DNA of 62,968 bases, filler included, from Octopus bimaculoides (taxonomy: Eukaryota), in the NCBI RefSeq assembly GCF_001194135.2. It is 5 parts of 4 records of this genome, joined end to end, with 100 filler letters (N's around TTAATTAATTAA, not from the genome) between each part and the next. Parts side by side here need not be neighbours in the genome. Positions count along the whole stretch, not along the records: positions 1 to 17,369 come from NC_069000.1; positions 17,470 to 42,822 come from NC_068992.1; 3 more parts are not named here. The stretch is one strand, 5' to 3'. Made by a program: the position numbers and the translations under genes. Numbering within the stretch: the stretch's first letter is position 1; each line of letters starts with the position of its first letter. The notes under the pieces are model-generated. The model did no database searches. It was given only the letters and a program-made list of their open reading frames with translations, and was not told the DNA's origin. This document shows, in pieces, positions 13,430 through 26,508 of this stretch.

Positions 13430-13804
13430 NNNNNNNNNNNNNNNNNNNNNNNNNNNNNNNNNNNNNNNNNNNNNNNNNNNNNNNNNNNNNNNNNNNNNNN
13501 NNNNNNNNNNNNNNNNNNNNNNNNNNNNNNNNNNNNNNNNNNNNNNNNNNNNNNNNNNNNNNNNNNNNNNNNNNNNNNNNNNNNNNNNNNNNNNNNNNNN
13601 NNNNNNNNNNNNNNNNNNNNNNNNNNNNNNNNNNNNNNNNNNNNNNNNNNNNNNNNNNNNNNNNNNNNNNNNNNNNNNNNNNNNNNNNNNNNNNNNNNNN
13701 NNNNNNNNNNNNNNNNNNNNNNNNNNNNNNNNNNNNNNNNNNNNNNNNNNNNNNNNNNNNNCAGTTATCCGGCCATTGGGTGGGAACCCACGCCAATGGC
13801 CGGA

Positions 13805-13861
13805 TAACTGAAGAGATGTTGGCGTGGGTTCCCACCCCGGCATCCGAAACTCTGAGTTTTA
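13805..13861 (+). ncRNA. Hammerhead ribozyme motif (minimal type I, PLE-type), near-intact
   Basis: CUGAAGA 13808-13814. 13-position stem II (13815-13827 with 13832-13844, one C-C mismatch). Extra C at 13845. GAAA 13846-13849. ACUC-U-GAGU stem III. GUU triplet. Stem I UAA/UUA. Confidence 0.65.
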
Positions 13862-14300
13862 CCATGGCTACCGAATAAGTGTCACATATTTTTACAGATA
13901 TATATATTGTCTCGCTTGCGGTAGGGATCTAGTCTCCATTGTCAGTGATTAATTAGATAAGTGCTTCTCGTGGCGAAGAGTTGTTCTGACTCTTATTTCT
14001 CACTAAGACTGGTGTTGACTACCAGTACTGGTCTTTTAGTCACCTTACTGACGACTACACTTATGCTTTTTGGTTGTAAATTGCGAAAAAGCCACCTTAA
14101 TAATCTATATGTATATCTGTATTTTGCATATGGCAAATGGTAGTGCGCTCATAAAAGCTCCTATGTTACTTGTTGCTGGTTACCGTATACTATTCCGAAC
14201 CTGAGTGTTATGGGATTGTTATGTAAGCGGTACTCTTGTGTAGCGTAGGATAAATATATTAATAACGAGAAATACTTCACGAATATATTAGTATCAGCTA

Positions 14301-14700
14301 GGCGCAGGCGTGGCTGTGTGATAAAAAGTTTGTTTCCCAACCACTGCATGCCACCTTCAGTGAGTGTCTTCTACTGTAGCCTCGAGCCGAGTTGTGAGTG
14401 GATTTGGTAGGCGGAAACTGAAAGAAGCCCGTCGTATTTATGCATATGTGTTTGTGTTTGTGTGTGTGTGTGTGTTTGTGTAGTGATGGTTGTTTGTCAC
14501 CCACCACAGTTTGAAAATCGGTGTTTGTGTGTTTACATCCCCGTAACTTAACTGTTCGGTAAAAGAGCCCGATAGAATAATTACAATGCTTTCAAAAATA
14601 TGTATAAATACTGGGGTTCATTCATTCGACTAAAAATTTTTTCAATATGCTGTCTCAGCATGGCTGCAGTCTAATGACTGAAACAAGTAAAATATGAAAG
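14301..14700 (+). mobile_element. SINE family A, full length
   Basis: ggcgcaggcgtggctgtgtg head through gactgaaacaagtaaaa tail. Confidence 0.9.
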
Positions 14701-14717
14701 GTACACACACAACACAT

Positions 14718-14748
<31 letters not shown>

Positions 14749-16544
14749 AATCTAATTTACTGCTGTTAATATAGTAAGATATTCAATAGGATTTTTTAGC
14801 CTTAGTATTATAAATTTTATACTGGTTAGAAATTCAAATCCGTTAGTTGTCACCGAATGTCACAACTTTGTTCCTGATAACCCTTGTTGTCCAGTGAACA
14901 GCTAGGTATATTACATACAATGGATCTTATATTTATTTAAAATCAATTTTGATTCGTTGGATTATCAGTTTCCTTACATAAACACAAGATTGCAAATTTG
15001 TAGCTAGCCGAAAGAATCTTCCTAGTATATCTACCACAGGTACCAATTTCATCGACAACTTCCCTTTCTTTTGTCAGTAGAATGGATGTTAATAAAAGTC
15101 GATCGACCTATGGCAGAAATCGAACTTAGAACGTCGAGCTGAATTGTTCAACGCTTTACCGCATCTACTATTTCCCCCTCTCTTTTACCGAATGTATATA
15201 TTCGAGATATTCCTATGTTGGGTTGTTGGTTAGGAATCCTGGCCCATTTCGAGCAGACATTACCAAAAGCGTCTTAATCGCGAGCACTTTGTGACTTTTA
15301 CTGGACTTAGCCAATTTCCTTTCACTTGTTTCAACCACTGAAACTGTGGCTATGCTACATCACTACTTTGAACTGTTTTGTTAAAATATGGAATGCGTAA
15401 AGTGTCTGTAACTTTTTTTCTTTTTAATATTCTTAAACAGAAAGGGATCTGTAACAAGTACGATTGTAAGATTAATTTCATCAGCAAGGAGCACAAAATT
15501 GTCGAAAATGTGTACTTTTATTTTTTTGTTTTAATATGACTGTGTGATCGGAGGGTGATTTAGCTGCAGTTTCTAGCAAGTCGTGCAGCTAAGTAAGTAG
15601 AAGGTCGACTTCACGTTGGCTGATGTGTGTGGCATTTGTGTGGGCTGTTTTTTTTTGTTTTTGTTTTTTCTTTTTTCTTTCCATTTTACTATTTTGTGAG
15701 CTGGGATTGCCGACTGTGTGGGTTTCCAGTTTGGCTCGTGCATGCAGTATGTGTGGATTATTTATTTATTTCTCTTTTTTTTTTATATATAAAACAATTG
15801 GAGTATCTGGGTTGGGTTAGATATTTGACAGCGATGAATAAACAAGGATGGTCACTAGAATTTGGTGGGTGGGTGGAGAGAAAACCAGCGTCTTTATGCA
15901 CCGGTTGGAAATGTAAACAAACGAAAGATTATGTTGGTGTGCCTTAAGAAGCTTATCTATCTATCTGTCTATCTATCTGTACAGATAGATAGATAGATAG
16001 ATAGAGAGGGGTGGGTGCTAGGAAAAAAAAGGGGGGGGGGTCTAAGGAATTAAGAAATTAGAGGTGTGATAGTTATTTACTCGGTGTAAGCGTTAAAATA
16101 TATCGCCCTTAAAAAGCATTCTTCTCATATTCCGTACGTGTATCATCGAATGATGTTAGAGAGGTAGCTGAGAAGAGACATAACTCATGTTGGGACAAAA
16201 ATAAGTTGGAAGGTTTCGTTAAAATATGGGAGACGTAAGTGAAGGGGTAACAAGTGTCTGTTTTTTTAATAATCTTAAATAGAAAGGAATGTATGACAAG
16301 GAAGGTTGCTAGATCGGTTTTAAAAACAGGAGGACAGACCTTTTGCTAAAAATAAGCGATTGTATGAGAAAATAGCCCTTAGTTACAACATCCAGTTGTT
16401 TCTCACTATCAAATTAAAATTCTGGTAGTACGTTACAACTTGTGTGTGCGTGTATATGGATATATGTGTGTATATATGGATATATATGTGTGTTTGTGCG
16501 CGCGCGTGTAAAACGTTTAATCGTTAATCGTTATCTTTTAGTTG

Positions 16545-16769
16545 TTTCAGTCATTTGACTACGGCCATGCTGTGGCACCGCCTTGAAGAAATTTGAATGA
16601 ATCGACCACACGTTTTTTAACCCTGGTACTTATTTCTATCGGTCTGTTTTGTCGAACCGCTGTTATGTAAACATAATAATACCGGTTGTGAAGCGGTGAT
16701 GAAGGATAAACGCACACTCGTACAATGTGAAACCGTTAATCTCCGACACATTTCTCTCTCTCTCTCTCC

Positions 16770-16809
<40 letters not shown>

Positions 16810-17107
16810 TTCTCTCATTCCTTTCTATCGAAGAGCGTCGGCTCGAAACGTCAAAGACTTTTCCACTTTTCCCTAGCGTCAAGGAGGGCTTCTTTCAGTT
16901 TCCGTCTCCCAAATCCACCCACAAGGCTTTGGTCGGGTCGGGGCTATAGAATTCAAGACTATTTCCCAACGTGCCACACAGTGAAACTGAACCATGTAGA
17001 TGGGAAGCAAGCTTCTTACCTCACATCCACGCGTCCGATTTTTATTCACTCTGGGACATATCTCTAAGTAGCCGGACATTGCTTGTTTTGAACTTGTCAC
17101 CCCACTA

Positions 17108-17138
<31 letters not shown>

Positions 17139-17345
17139 ATGTGTGTTTGTGTGTCAGTGTTTTCCCCCGCCACCGCTTGACAACCGTTGTAGGTGTGTTT
17201 ATGTCCCTGTAACTTAGCGGTTCGGCAAAAGACACCGGTAGAATAAGTACTAGGCTTACAAGGAATAAGTCACGGGGTCTATTTGTTCGACTAAAGGCGG
17301 TGCTCCAGCATGTCTGCAGTCAAATGACTGGAACAAACAAAAAAA
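16545..17345. mobile_element. Three SINE family A fragments (16545-16700 minus, 16885-16995 minus, 17130-17345 plus)
   Basis: Each aligns to the family A head or tail. Confidence 0.8.
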
Positions 17346-17369
17346 ATAAAAGAGTAATATATATATATA

Positions 17370-17469
17370 NNNNNNNNNNNNNNNNNNNNNNNNNNNNNNN
17401 NNNNNNNNNNNNNTTAATTAATTAANNNNNNNNNNNNNNNNNNNNNNNNNNNNNNNNNNNNNNNNNNNN
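17370..17469. other. Artificial scaffold-join linker N44-TTAATTAATTAA-N44
   Basis: Exactly 100 bp with a six-frame-stop palindrome in the centre. Identical at four places. Confidence 0.95.
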
Positions 17470-17517
17470 TATATATATATATGTATGTATGTATGTATAT
17501 ATGTGTATATGTATATG

Positions 17518-17548
<31 letters not shown>

Positions 17549-17596
17549 ACAATCCGTATTCGCTTAATAGCAGAAGAAAAATGGAGAGTTGAAAGT

Positions 17597-17818
17597 TAAT
17601 CGTTAGCACGCCGGGCGAAATGCTTAGCGGTATTTCGTCTGCCGATACGTTCTGAGTTCAAATTCCACCGAGGTCGAGTATGCCTTTCATCCTTTCGGGG
17701 TCGATTAAATAAATACCAGTCACGCTCTGGGGTCGATGTAATCGACTTAATGCCTTTGTCTGTCCTTGTTTGTCCCCTCTGTGTTTAGCCCCTAATGGGC
17801 AATAAGGAAATAAATAAA
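17597..17818 (+). mobile_element. SINE family B, near full length
   Basis: cgttagcacgccgggcgaaatgcttagc...gagttcaaattcc...gtttagcccc...ggcaataaggaaataa. Confidence 0.9.
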
Positions 17819-17871
17819 GTGATACTTCACACTTCCTACAGCTCTTTCAATTGAAACAGCTGTAGGAAGTA

Positions 17872-18225
17872 TGACTCGAGGTCATAGGATCGTGGTTTCG
17901 ATTCCCAGACCGGGCGTTGTGAGTGCTTATTGAGCGAAAACACCTAAAGCTCCACGAGGCTCCGGCAGGGGATGGTGGCGAACCCTGCTGCACTCTTCCA
18001 CCACAACTTTCTCTCACTCTTACTTCCTGTTTCGGTTGTGCCTGTAATTCAAAGGGTCAGCCTTGTCACACTGTATCCCGCTGAATATCCCCAAGAACTA
18101 CGTTAAGGGTACACGTGTCTGTGGAGTGCTCAGCAACTTGCACGTTAATTTCACGAGCAGGCTGTTCCGTTGATCGGATCAACTGGAACCCTCGACGTCG
18201 TAAGCGATGGAGTGCCAACAACTTA
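17872..18225 (+). mobile_element. SINE family C, full length
   Basis: tRNA-like head ggtttcgattcccagacc. Tail ...ggagtgctcagcaacttgcacgttaatttcacgagcagg...ggagtgccaacaac. Confidence 0.85.
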
Positions 18226-18489
18226 ACTTTTACACACGCGCGCGCGCACATTTTCGGCAATTTGGCACGTGACTAGCAATTTCTGGGGAGTGATTAAGTC
18301 GATTATATCGACCCCAGTATTCAACTGGTAATTATCTTATTAATCTGCAAAGAAATGCCGCTAAGCATCTTGGCCCGGCGTGCTAACGATTTTACCACCA
18401 CACCACGTTCAGTACGTACATAGTAATTGCCGGTAAGGATACACTATTTCATTTTGCGAAACGAAATATTGTGTCCTTATCAGCGACTA

Positions 18490-18890
18490 ATGTGTGTGTG
18501 TGTGTGTGTGTTTGCGTTTTTGTTTCTTCTCACCACACCGCTTGACAACGAGTTTTCTTTCGTTTACGTCTCTTTAATGTAGCGTTTCGGCAAAAGACAC
18601 CGATAGAATAAGTACCAAACTTGAAAGGTAAGCACTGAGGATCGATTGTTCGAATAAAACCCTTCAAATCGGTGACCCCAGCATGACCGCATTCCAATGA
18701 CTGAAACAAGTGAAAGATAGAGGATTACAGAAGTTAGATAAGGCACGTAGCCCAGTGATCAGATGTTCGTCTGGTTATTATATGGTTGTGGTTTCAATTC
18801 GTAGACCTTGAGGTGATTTGTGTCCCCGAGTAAAACTTTTCATTTTATGTTTCTTCAGCCTCCTCAGCTCCGACGAAAACCACCCTGGGT
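18490..18890 (+). mobile_element. SINE family A tail (18490-18720) followed by a decayed family C head (18745-18890)
   Basis: Motif matches to both families. Confidence 0.7.
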
Positions 18891-18897
18891 ACTGAAG

Positions 18898-18898
18898 T

Positions 18899-18972
<74 letters not shown>

Positions 18973-19385
18973 TTAACTCTCTCTATCTATCTATCTCTCT
19001 TTCTTTGTCTCTCTCTTTCTCTCTTTCTCGCTCTCTCTTTCTCTTTTTCTCTCTCTCTGTCTCTCTCTCTTTCTCGCTCTCTCGCTTTCTCTCTTTTTCG
19101 CTCTCTCTCTTTCTCTCTCTGTCTCTCTCTCATTATCGCTCTCTCTCTTTCTCTCTTTCTCTCTGTCTCTGTCTTTGTCTCTCTGTCTCTGTCTCTCTCT
19201 CTCTTTTGCTCTCTGTTTCTCTCTTTTTCTTGCTCTCTGTTTCTCTCTTTTTCTTGCTCTCTGTTTCTCTCTCTCTCTCTTTCTCACTCTCTCTCTCTTT
19301 CTCGCTCTCTCTCTCTGTCTCCCTCTCTCTGTCTCGCTCTCTCTCTGTTTCTCGCCCTCTCTCGCTCTCTCCCTCTCTCTTTCCA
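18898..19385. repeat. Compound (CT)n/CTAT/CTCTCTTT polypyrimidine microsatellite
   Basis: Directly visible. It accounts for the SLSL/RERE ORFs. Confidence 0.95.
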
Positions 19386-20619
19386 TCACTCATAGTCTGA
19401 ATAGGCCACTGAGTTAAAAGGGTGTGTATGTCTGTTCGTGAATACAAATGCATCTGAAAGACAACTAGTGAAAGCAAGGTGCGTTTGACCAAACGATACT
19501 CGTTCGCGAGTGACGGCTGTCCGTACCACAGATAAAATTCGAAAGATTAGCCGTCACTCGCAAGCAAGTATGATCTGGTTCGCTTCTACCGGGTTTTCGC
19601 TAGTTGCGTTATGGTGCCCAATTAGTCGCGAGCAAACATCCTCACAGCGCTCGCACACTTGACCAAGCTGAATGCTGCGGATGTAACAGTTGAAAGGATA
19701 GAAATTTGCACCAGCTCTGGGTTGCTACTTATGACAGCTGAATATGTGTGGAATGACATGAAATAAAGCGCCTTGAGCAAGGACACAACGGTGTGGTCTA
19801 GTAATCGAACTCACGACCTTTAGATCGAGAGTCAAACACATTGATCACTAGGCCACATGTCTTCCCATGATAATATATTTCATTTTAAATTATTAGCACA
19901 AGGCCAATAGTTTCGAGAAGAGGGGCAAGTCATCAATCCTAATACTGGGTTGATATTTTATTTTATCGAATCCGAAAGGATTAAAGCCAATGTCAACCTC
20001 GGTCGTATTTGAACACAGAAAGTAAAGAACCAGATGATATCCTGGTGCCTTCAAATAGTATACGAAATCTTCAAAATCCATTTTGAAGCAACACCGAGCC
20101 AGTATGGTTAATTATCCAATTACTGATATTTCGGATTATGAAAATCCTAATAATTAACTCTATTCATCATAATTGGTCTATTTTGTTTTCCTTTCGTGCT
20201 GGACTACACATCGATCTGGCCGGGGGCGATTCCTGTAGCTTATCAGCTTTTCTATAAGAAAACATTGTTTGTTATTCGCTCAAAATTTCTCCATTTTGGT
20301 ACAAAGAAATGCTGGGGGGGGGGTTATGGTGGTGGGGGCACGAAACGTCACACAGCGAAATGTCGGCGATTCTTGAAGAGAGACAGAGAGAGATTGAAAG
20401 AGACAGGTAGACAGACAGACAGAGAAAGAGACAAAGAGGGAGTAGAATCGACTACTGTATTTGACTGATACCCTAGTTAAATTAACACCGTATGGGTGGA
20501 AGGTAAAGTTCACGTAGGCAGGAGCTCAATGCAAAGTACACAGAATCGTATCAAATACCGCAAGACATTGTATCCCACTCTACAACGAATTCTTTAATTC
20601 GCTGCCTACAGTACATTGA

Positions 20620-21040
20620 TATTGATTTCAAATTTTTGGCACAAGGTCAGCAATCTCGTGGGACGGGTTAAGTCAATTAAATTAACCCCAGTGTTTAGCT
20701 GGTACTTATTTTATCAATAGCAAAAGGATGAAAAAGGCAAAGTCGACCTCAGCCGAATTTGAAATCAGAACGTAAAGACGGACAATATTGCAAAGCATTT
20801 TGCCCGACGTCCTAACGATTCTGCCAGCTCACCGCCTTACAATACATTAATATTGGTTTGAAATTTTGGTACAAGGCCAGCAAGTTTGAGGGAAGAGCTA
20901 AGTTGATATCATCGACCCAAGAATTCAGCTGGTACTTATCGAACCTGAAATGATGAAAGGCAAATTCGACCTCGGCGGAATTTGAATTTAGAACATAAAG
21001 ATGGGCGAAATGTCGCTAAGCATTTTTCCCGGCGCAGAAA
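20620..21040 (-). mobile_element. Two tandem SINE family B copies
   Basis: Reverse-complement matches (aaaggcaaagtcgacctc..gaatttga...gctaagcattt). Confidence 0.85.
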
Positions 21041-21871
21041 CACCCAAGTAAGTTTTGGCATGGATTTAAACTTAGAATGCAGAGAACCAGAACAAATAGC
21101 ACGATGCCTTCCATTCAAAAGTTTTTTTTTTTTTACAGTTCTGTTAATCCACCTTAGTCGTTTTGTCAAATTGATCCCGTAAATATAAACAGCCAAATTG
21201 ACCATGATGGGAGTTGAACACAGATTGGCAAGAATCAGATAGACTGTCTTAAAGCTCTGACAACCTACTCAGCCAATTCGTAGTGTTATTTATTTTTTCT
21301 TCTTCAACATCGTTGTTGCACAAATTTAGTGGTGGTAGTTCAATAATGTATTGATTGTCATGGAAGTAGAAAATTCGATCAGCCTAAAAGTAAACCGATA
21401 AGTATCTTGTAGGTTTTCAGTTAGTTAGGCAAGTCACCATTCTTCTTCAGACGATATATCGTTACTTGTATGCTTATCCTGTAGCTTGTTAAGAGAAGGA
21501 TGGCGTTCCTAATGTAATCAACTTCCACATAACGAAAATACAAGTAAACCAAGGAAAAACTACTAATAAACGAAAACCACAGCGTTAATAAAAAAATGTA
21601 AGTCAGTAATGTTTTAGTGTTAATGGTAATACCCTTTAATAATGAAAAAGCAGTCACCTCTGAAATAAATCTATATTTACATTTATAATTACTGGATTGA
21701 TGTTTATAATCAGAAGAGTATGGTGTCTCTACTCTTCCTAACAATACTAACACTCGTCAGTATTGGGGGTTTTTCCCCCCCAAAACTCGTGTACGAAAAT
21801 GATTGGTAAAATCGACTGAAATGGATTTATAATAATATAAACACATACATAAATACATACATATATACATG

Positions 21872-22045
21872 TTTATACCTGTAATTATTGGGGTTCTGGG
21901 ATATGTAACACACTTCCTAAATACCAATGTTGAGAAATTAGGCTTCTCAAAACCAGAAAGAAGAAAGCTAATTCGAAGACTACAGATCCAATCCATCGCT
22001 GGAACCATAAAAATATGTAAAACTTTCCAGAAGTTTATCATTTAA
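21872..22045 (+). mobile_element. R4/Dong/NeSL-type (RLE-endonuclease) LINE 3' end
   Basis: FIPVIIGVLGYVTHFLNTNVEKLGFSKPERRKLIRRLQIQSIAGTIKICKTFQKFII* matches the P-hh-G-x-LG C-terminus of RLE LINEs. Confidence 0.75.
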
Positions 22046-22639
22046 ATATATATGAGCATGTCTAGATATGCAACTATAAAACAAAACATACAAATGTGCA
22101 CATATGTATACATACGTACCTACCTACCTACATACATACATACATACATATATTCAAACAAAAGCAACCTGTTAAGACAAAGAGGGCTATGTGTAGACAA
22201 ATTAATACTGTTCTCATATTCTCTATTAAGAAGTGTTTTAGCCGTTAGAATTTCCAGGCGTTCGGTTAAACAGCCAAAACTAAAGATTTTATGAAATCCG
22301 ATATGATGTATTCACGCGTGTCTACGTCTTCAACGCCACTGATGTTGCCCAAGGGCAAGGTTTGCACTGATATAGCTCGATAAGAATGCCGTTACAAGTG
22401 TTATTACCAGAATGCAAGATACTGCAAGACACTTAATCCGATGCTCTAACAATTCTGCCAAAGCACCACGCCGGATTATTACTTTCCTAAGGATAAATAT
22501 CAAAAATGGATGACTGTAATCGGATTCGAACTCGAATGACAGACGATGAGAAGCGTTACCACAAAACATTAACTTTCGGTGCTTTACCAAATCAACCAAT
22601 TCGCAGCCTTTATATTCAGCGATGGTTCCAAATTTTGAC

Positions 22640-22800
22640 ATAAGGCCACCAGTCGGTGATGGAGGGGGGTTATTGATTATATCGTTCTCGGTACTTTATT
22701 TTACTAAACCAAAAGGGTGAAACCTAAGGTTGTCATCAACGATATTTGAACTTAGAACGTAAAGAGCCGGAAGAAATGCTGCTAAGCATTTTGTTCGACC
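22640..22800 (-). mobile_element. SINE family B, decayed
   Basis: Reverse-complement family B motifs. Confidence 0.7.
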
Positions 22801-24543
22801 CACTAAAATTCATATACTGTAACAAATACTACAATAGTTAATGTGTTCATACTTTTTTAAGCGTGTAGGATACGATTTTAGCGTGATTTGTTTACTATTT
22901 CTAGCAGATTGAACGACTACATAGATATAGAGGAACCCTCNNNNNNNNNNNNNNNNNNNNNNNNNNNNNNNNNNNNNNNNNNNNNNNNNNNNNNNNNNNN
23001 NNNNNNNNNNNNNNNNNNNNNNNNNNNNNNNNNNNNNNNNNNNNNNNNNNNNNNNNNNNNNNNNNNNNNNNNNNNNNNNNNNNNNNNNNNNNNNNNNNNN
23101 NNNNNNNNNNNNNNNNNNNNNNNNNNNNNNNNNNNNNNNNNNNNNNNNNNNNNNNNNNNNNNNNNNNNNNNNNNNNNNNNNNNNNNNNNNNNNNNNNNNN
23201 NNNNNNNNNNNNNNNNNNNNNNNNNNNNNNNNNNNNNNNNNNNNNNNNNNNNNNNNNNNNNNNNNNNNNNNNNNNNNNNNNNNNNNNNNNNNNNNNNNNN
23301 NNNNNNNNNNNNNNNNNNNNNNNNNNNNNNNNNNNNNNNNNNNNNNNNNNNNNNNNNNNNNNNNNNNNNNNNNNNNNNNNNNNNNNNNNNNNNNNNNNNN
23401 NNNNNNNNNNNNNNNNNNNNNNNNNNNNNNNNNNNNNNNNNNNNNNNNNNNNNNNNNNNNNNNNNNNNNNNNNNNNNNNNNNNNNNNNNNNNNNNNNNNN
23501 NNNATACACACATACATAACCATATGAATACGAAATATATGCTATATACATACACACACACATAAAAACATACATACACACCCATACATGCATACATATA
23601 TACATACATACATACATATACACACATTCATACACACACATACACACATAATACATACATACATACATCCGTTATTTAATGCTTTGTCATTCATAATACT
23701 GTACTATTGTTGTTTTTGTTGTACTTTTTTTTACCGTCGTCGAAGTCGGCGTCCTCATCGTAGTCGTCGTCATTTTCGTTGCCGTGGCTCTGTGTCCCAT
23801 ATTGGTTTGAGTAGTGCGTAAGAGAGCTTAACGTTAACTGTGACGTGTAATACATTTTATTATCATTAATATTATCATTATTGTTATTATCATATTTTTT
23901 CCCCTCTTCTGTTACCTACCTATTCGTAAATCTCGAAATTTTCTATATCAAAATAAACGTTGAATGAATGAATAACGACTAGCAAAAGTAAACGAAAATG
24001 GAAACAATAAATAATATAACAAAAACACAACAAAATCGCTATGCAGTCATAAGTTATAAATACTAAACAAACAAAAACATATGTAAAAGAATAAAACTTT
24101 AGAGAATAGAAAGATAAGCAAAGCAAACAAAAGCTATTGATTTCTAAAGCGAATAGAATGAAACTCTTGGGGTAAGTCTTTACAATGGCAAATTCTAACT
24201 CGCATGCTTTAAACCGAGAATATTCTAAACAATAACATTCGATACATTTTTACATGTAATTCTGTCCATATATATATATATATATATATATATANNNNNN
24301 NNNNNNNNNNNNNNNNNNNNNNNNNNNNNNNNNNNNNNNNNNNNNNNNNNNNNNNNNNNNNNNNNNNNNNNNNNNNNNNNNNNNNNNNNNNNNNNNNNNN
24401 NNNNNNNNNNNNNNNNNNNNNNNNNNNNNNNNNNNNNNNNNNNNNNNNNNNNNNNNNNNNNNNNNNNNNNNNNNNNNNNNNNNNNNNNNNNNNNNNNNNN
24501 NNNNNNNNNNNNNNNNNNNNNNNNNNNNNNNNNNNNNNNNNNN

Positions 24544-24582
<39 letters not shown>

Positions 24583-24979
24583 TATTCACATACACACAAC
24601 TACATATAAACACATATATTATATAATATATATAATATCTATGTATAATATTTAGATGCATATATAATATGTACATATGTACATATATGTACATTTTGTA
24701 TACATTATACTTATAAGGTATATATAAATATATATATGTATGTATATATATATAATATACGTATATTATATAAATATCATATATGTATATATTATATATA
24801 TAACATATACATATATATAGTTTTATATAATGGGCATATAAGTTGTGTGTGCTTAAGCGCACATAAGTTTGAGTGTATTCATGAGTGTAATATAAGTGCT
24901 TGAGTCGATATTAAATCCATTTCATATACCTACATAAGTGTATGTGTATATAAATATGCCATATGCCTGTGGGTGCGTT

Positions 24980-25068
<89 letters not shown>

Positions 25069-25339
25069 ATATTATTATTATTGAAGAAAAATGTTGCTGA
25101 CAGTGACTTCGAAATTTCAGCCATCTAAACCAATATCTGACGATGTGTTCCCTTACCAAAACTCGGAAGTCACTGTCAACAATATTCTTGTTTAAGAACA
25201 ATAAATTTGCAATCTACAAAAGTACAGAGTAACCCATCAGATTAGTGTAAAATTGCTTTTATTGTAACTGAACATAAAAACAAACATTAATACACACACT
25301 TCCACACATATACTCACGCACATACACTCACGTGCACAC

Positions 25340-25680
25340 ACACACACACTTATACCATTGTAATATACTGTTTCATAACACACAGCCAAACGTTTCGCTC
25401 ATCGTACGCTTATCAAAGGAATGAAGTGATTGGAGAGGGTGTTAGCTATAGTTTTATAGCTGAGAATTGGAGACGTTTCAAAGAAACGGAGGCTGCACTA
25501 AGTATGATATGATAAATTTTATGTTTAATGAGAGAGAAATATATATAAAGAGGAAAAGGCTTGTAGAGAAATGCGGCGAAATAGAGGAACATCAAAGACA
25601 CTAAGATACAAATAATTTTGTACTGAGGGATATAAAAAATATTCTTATTCCAACAATGACATGAACACTTATAGTCATTG
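25340..25680 (-). mobile_element. Penelope-like pLTR remnant
   Basis: Minus strand ttgataa-gcgtacgatgagc-gaaacg is a degenerate hammerhead-like core. Weak similarity to an endonuclease C-terminus upstream. Confidence 0.4.
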
Positions 25681-25884
25681 ATATTTCGATATGGTGGAGA
25701 GGTTTCGTGTTCAGTGGCATATCATGGCACCTTTGGCAAGCGTATTCTAGCATAGTTCCGGGCAAGCCAGTGCCTTGTTACTGGATTCTGTAAATGGAAA
25801 GTGTGAAGCCTATCACTACAACACATAAAGTGAAGCCTGTGTTTCAGCTTATGATAAAACAAATAGTAAATATGAACAAAAGCA

Positions 25885-25944
<60 letters not shown>

Positions 25945-26373
25945 NNNNNNNNNNNNNNNNNNNNNNNNNNNNNNNNNNNNNNNNNNNNNNNNNNNNNNNN
26001 NNNNNNNNNNNNNNNNNNNNNNNNNNNNNNNNNNNNNNNNNNNNNNNNNNNNNNNNNNNNNNNNNNNNNNNNNNNNNNNNNNNNNNNNNNNNNNNNNNNN
26101 NNNNNNNNNNNNNNNNNNNNNNNNNNNNNNNNNNNNNNNNNNNNNNNNNNNNNNNNNNNNNNNNNNNNNNNNNNNNNNNNNNNNNNNNNNNNNNNNNNNN
26201 NNNNNNNNNNNNNNNNNNNNNNNNNNNNNNNNNNNNNNNNNNNNNNNNNNNNNNNNNNNNNNNNNNNNNNNNNNNNNNNNNNNNNNNNNNNNNNNNNNNN
26301 NNNNNNNNNNNNNNNNNNNNNNNNNNNNNNNNNNNNNNNNNNNNNNNNNNNNNNNNNNNNNNNNNNNNNNNNN

Positions 26374-26420
<47 letters not shown>

Positions 26421-26508
26421 CATAGAGAGAAAGAGAGTGTGTGTGAAAATGAGATAGACAGACAGACAGACAGACAGGTGTGTATGTATGTATGCTTGCA
26501 CGTGTGTG

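Noticed and set aside
17414-17425. TTAATTAATTAA palindrome as a biological motif
   Set aside because: It is centred in identical 100-bp N blocks at four sites, so it is an assembly linker.
23700-23800. Acidic DDDYDEDADFDD peptide on the minus strand
   Set aside because: Derived from degenerate (GAC)n repeats, with no splice or start support.
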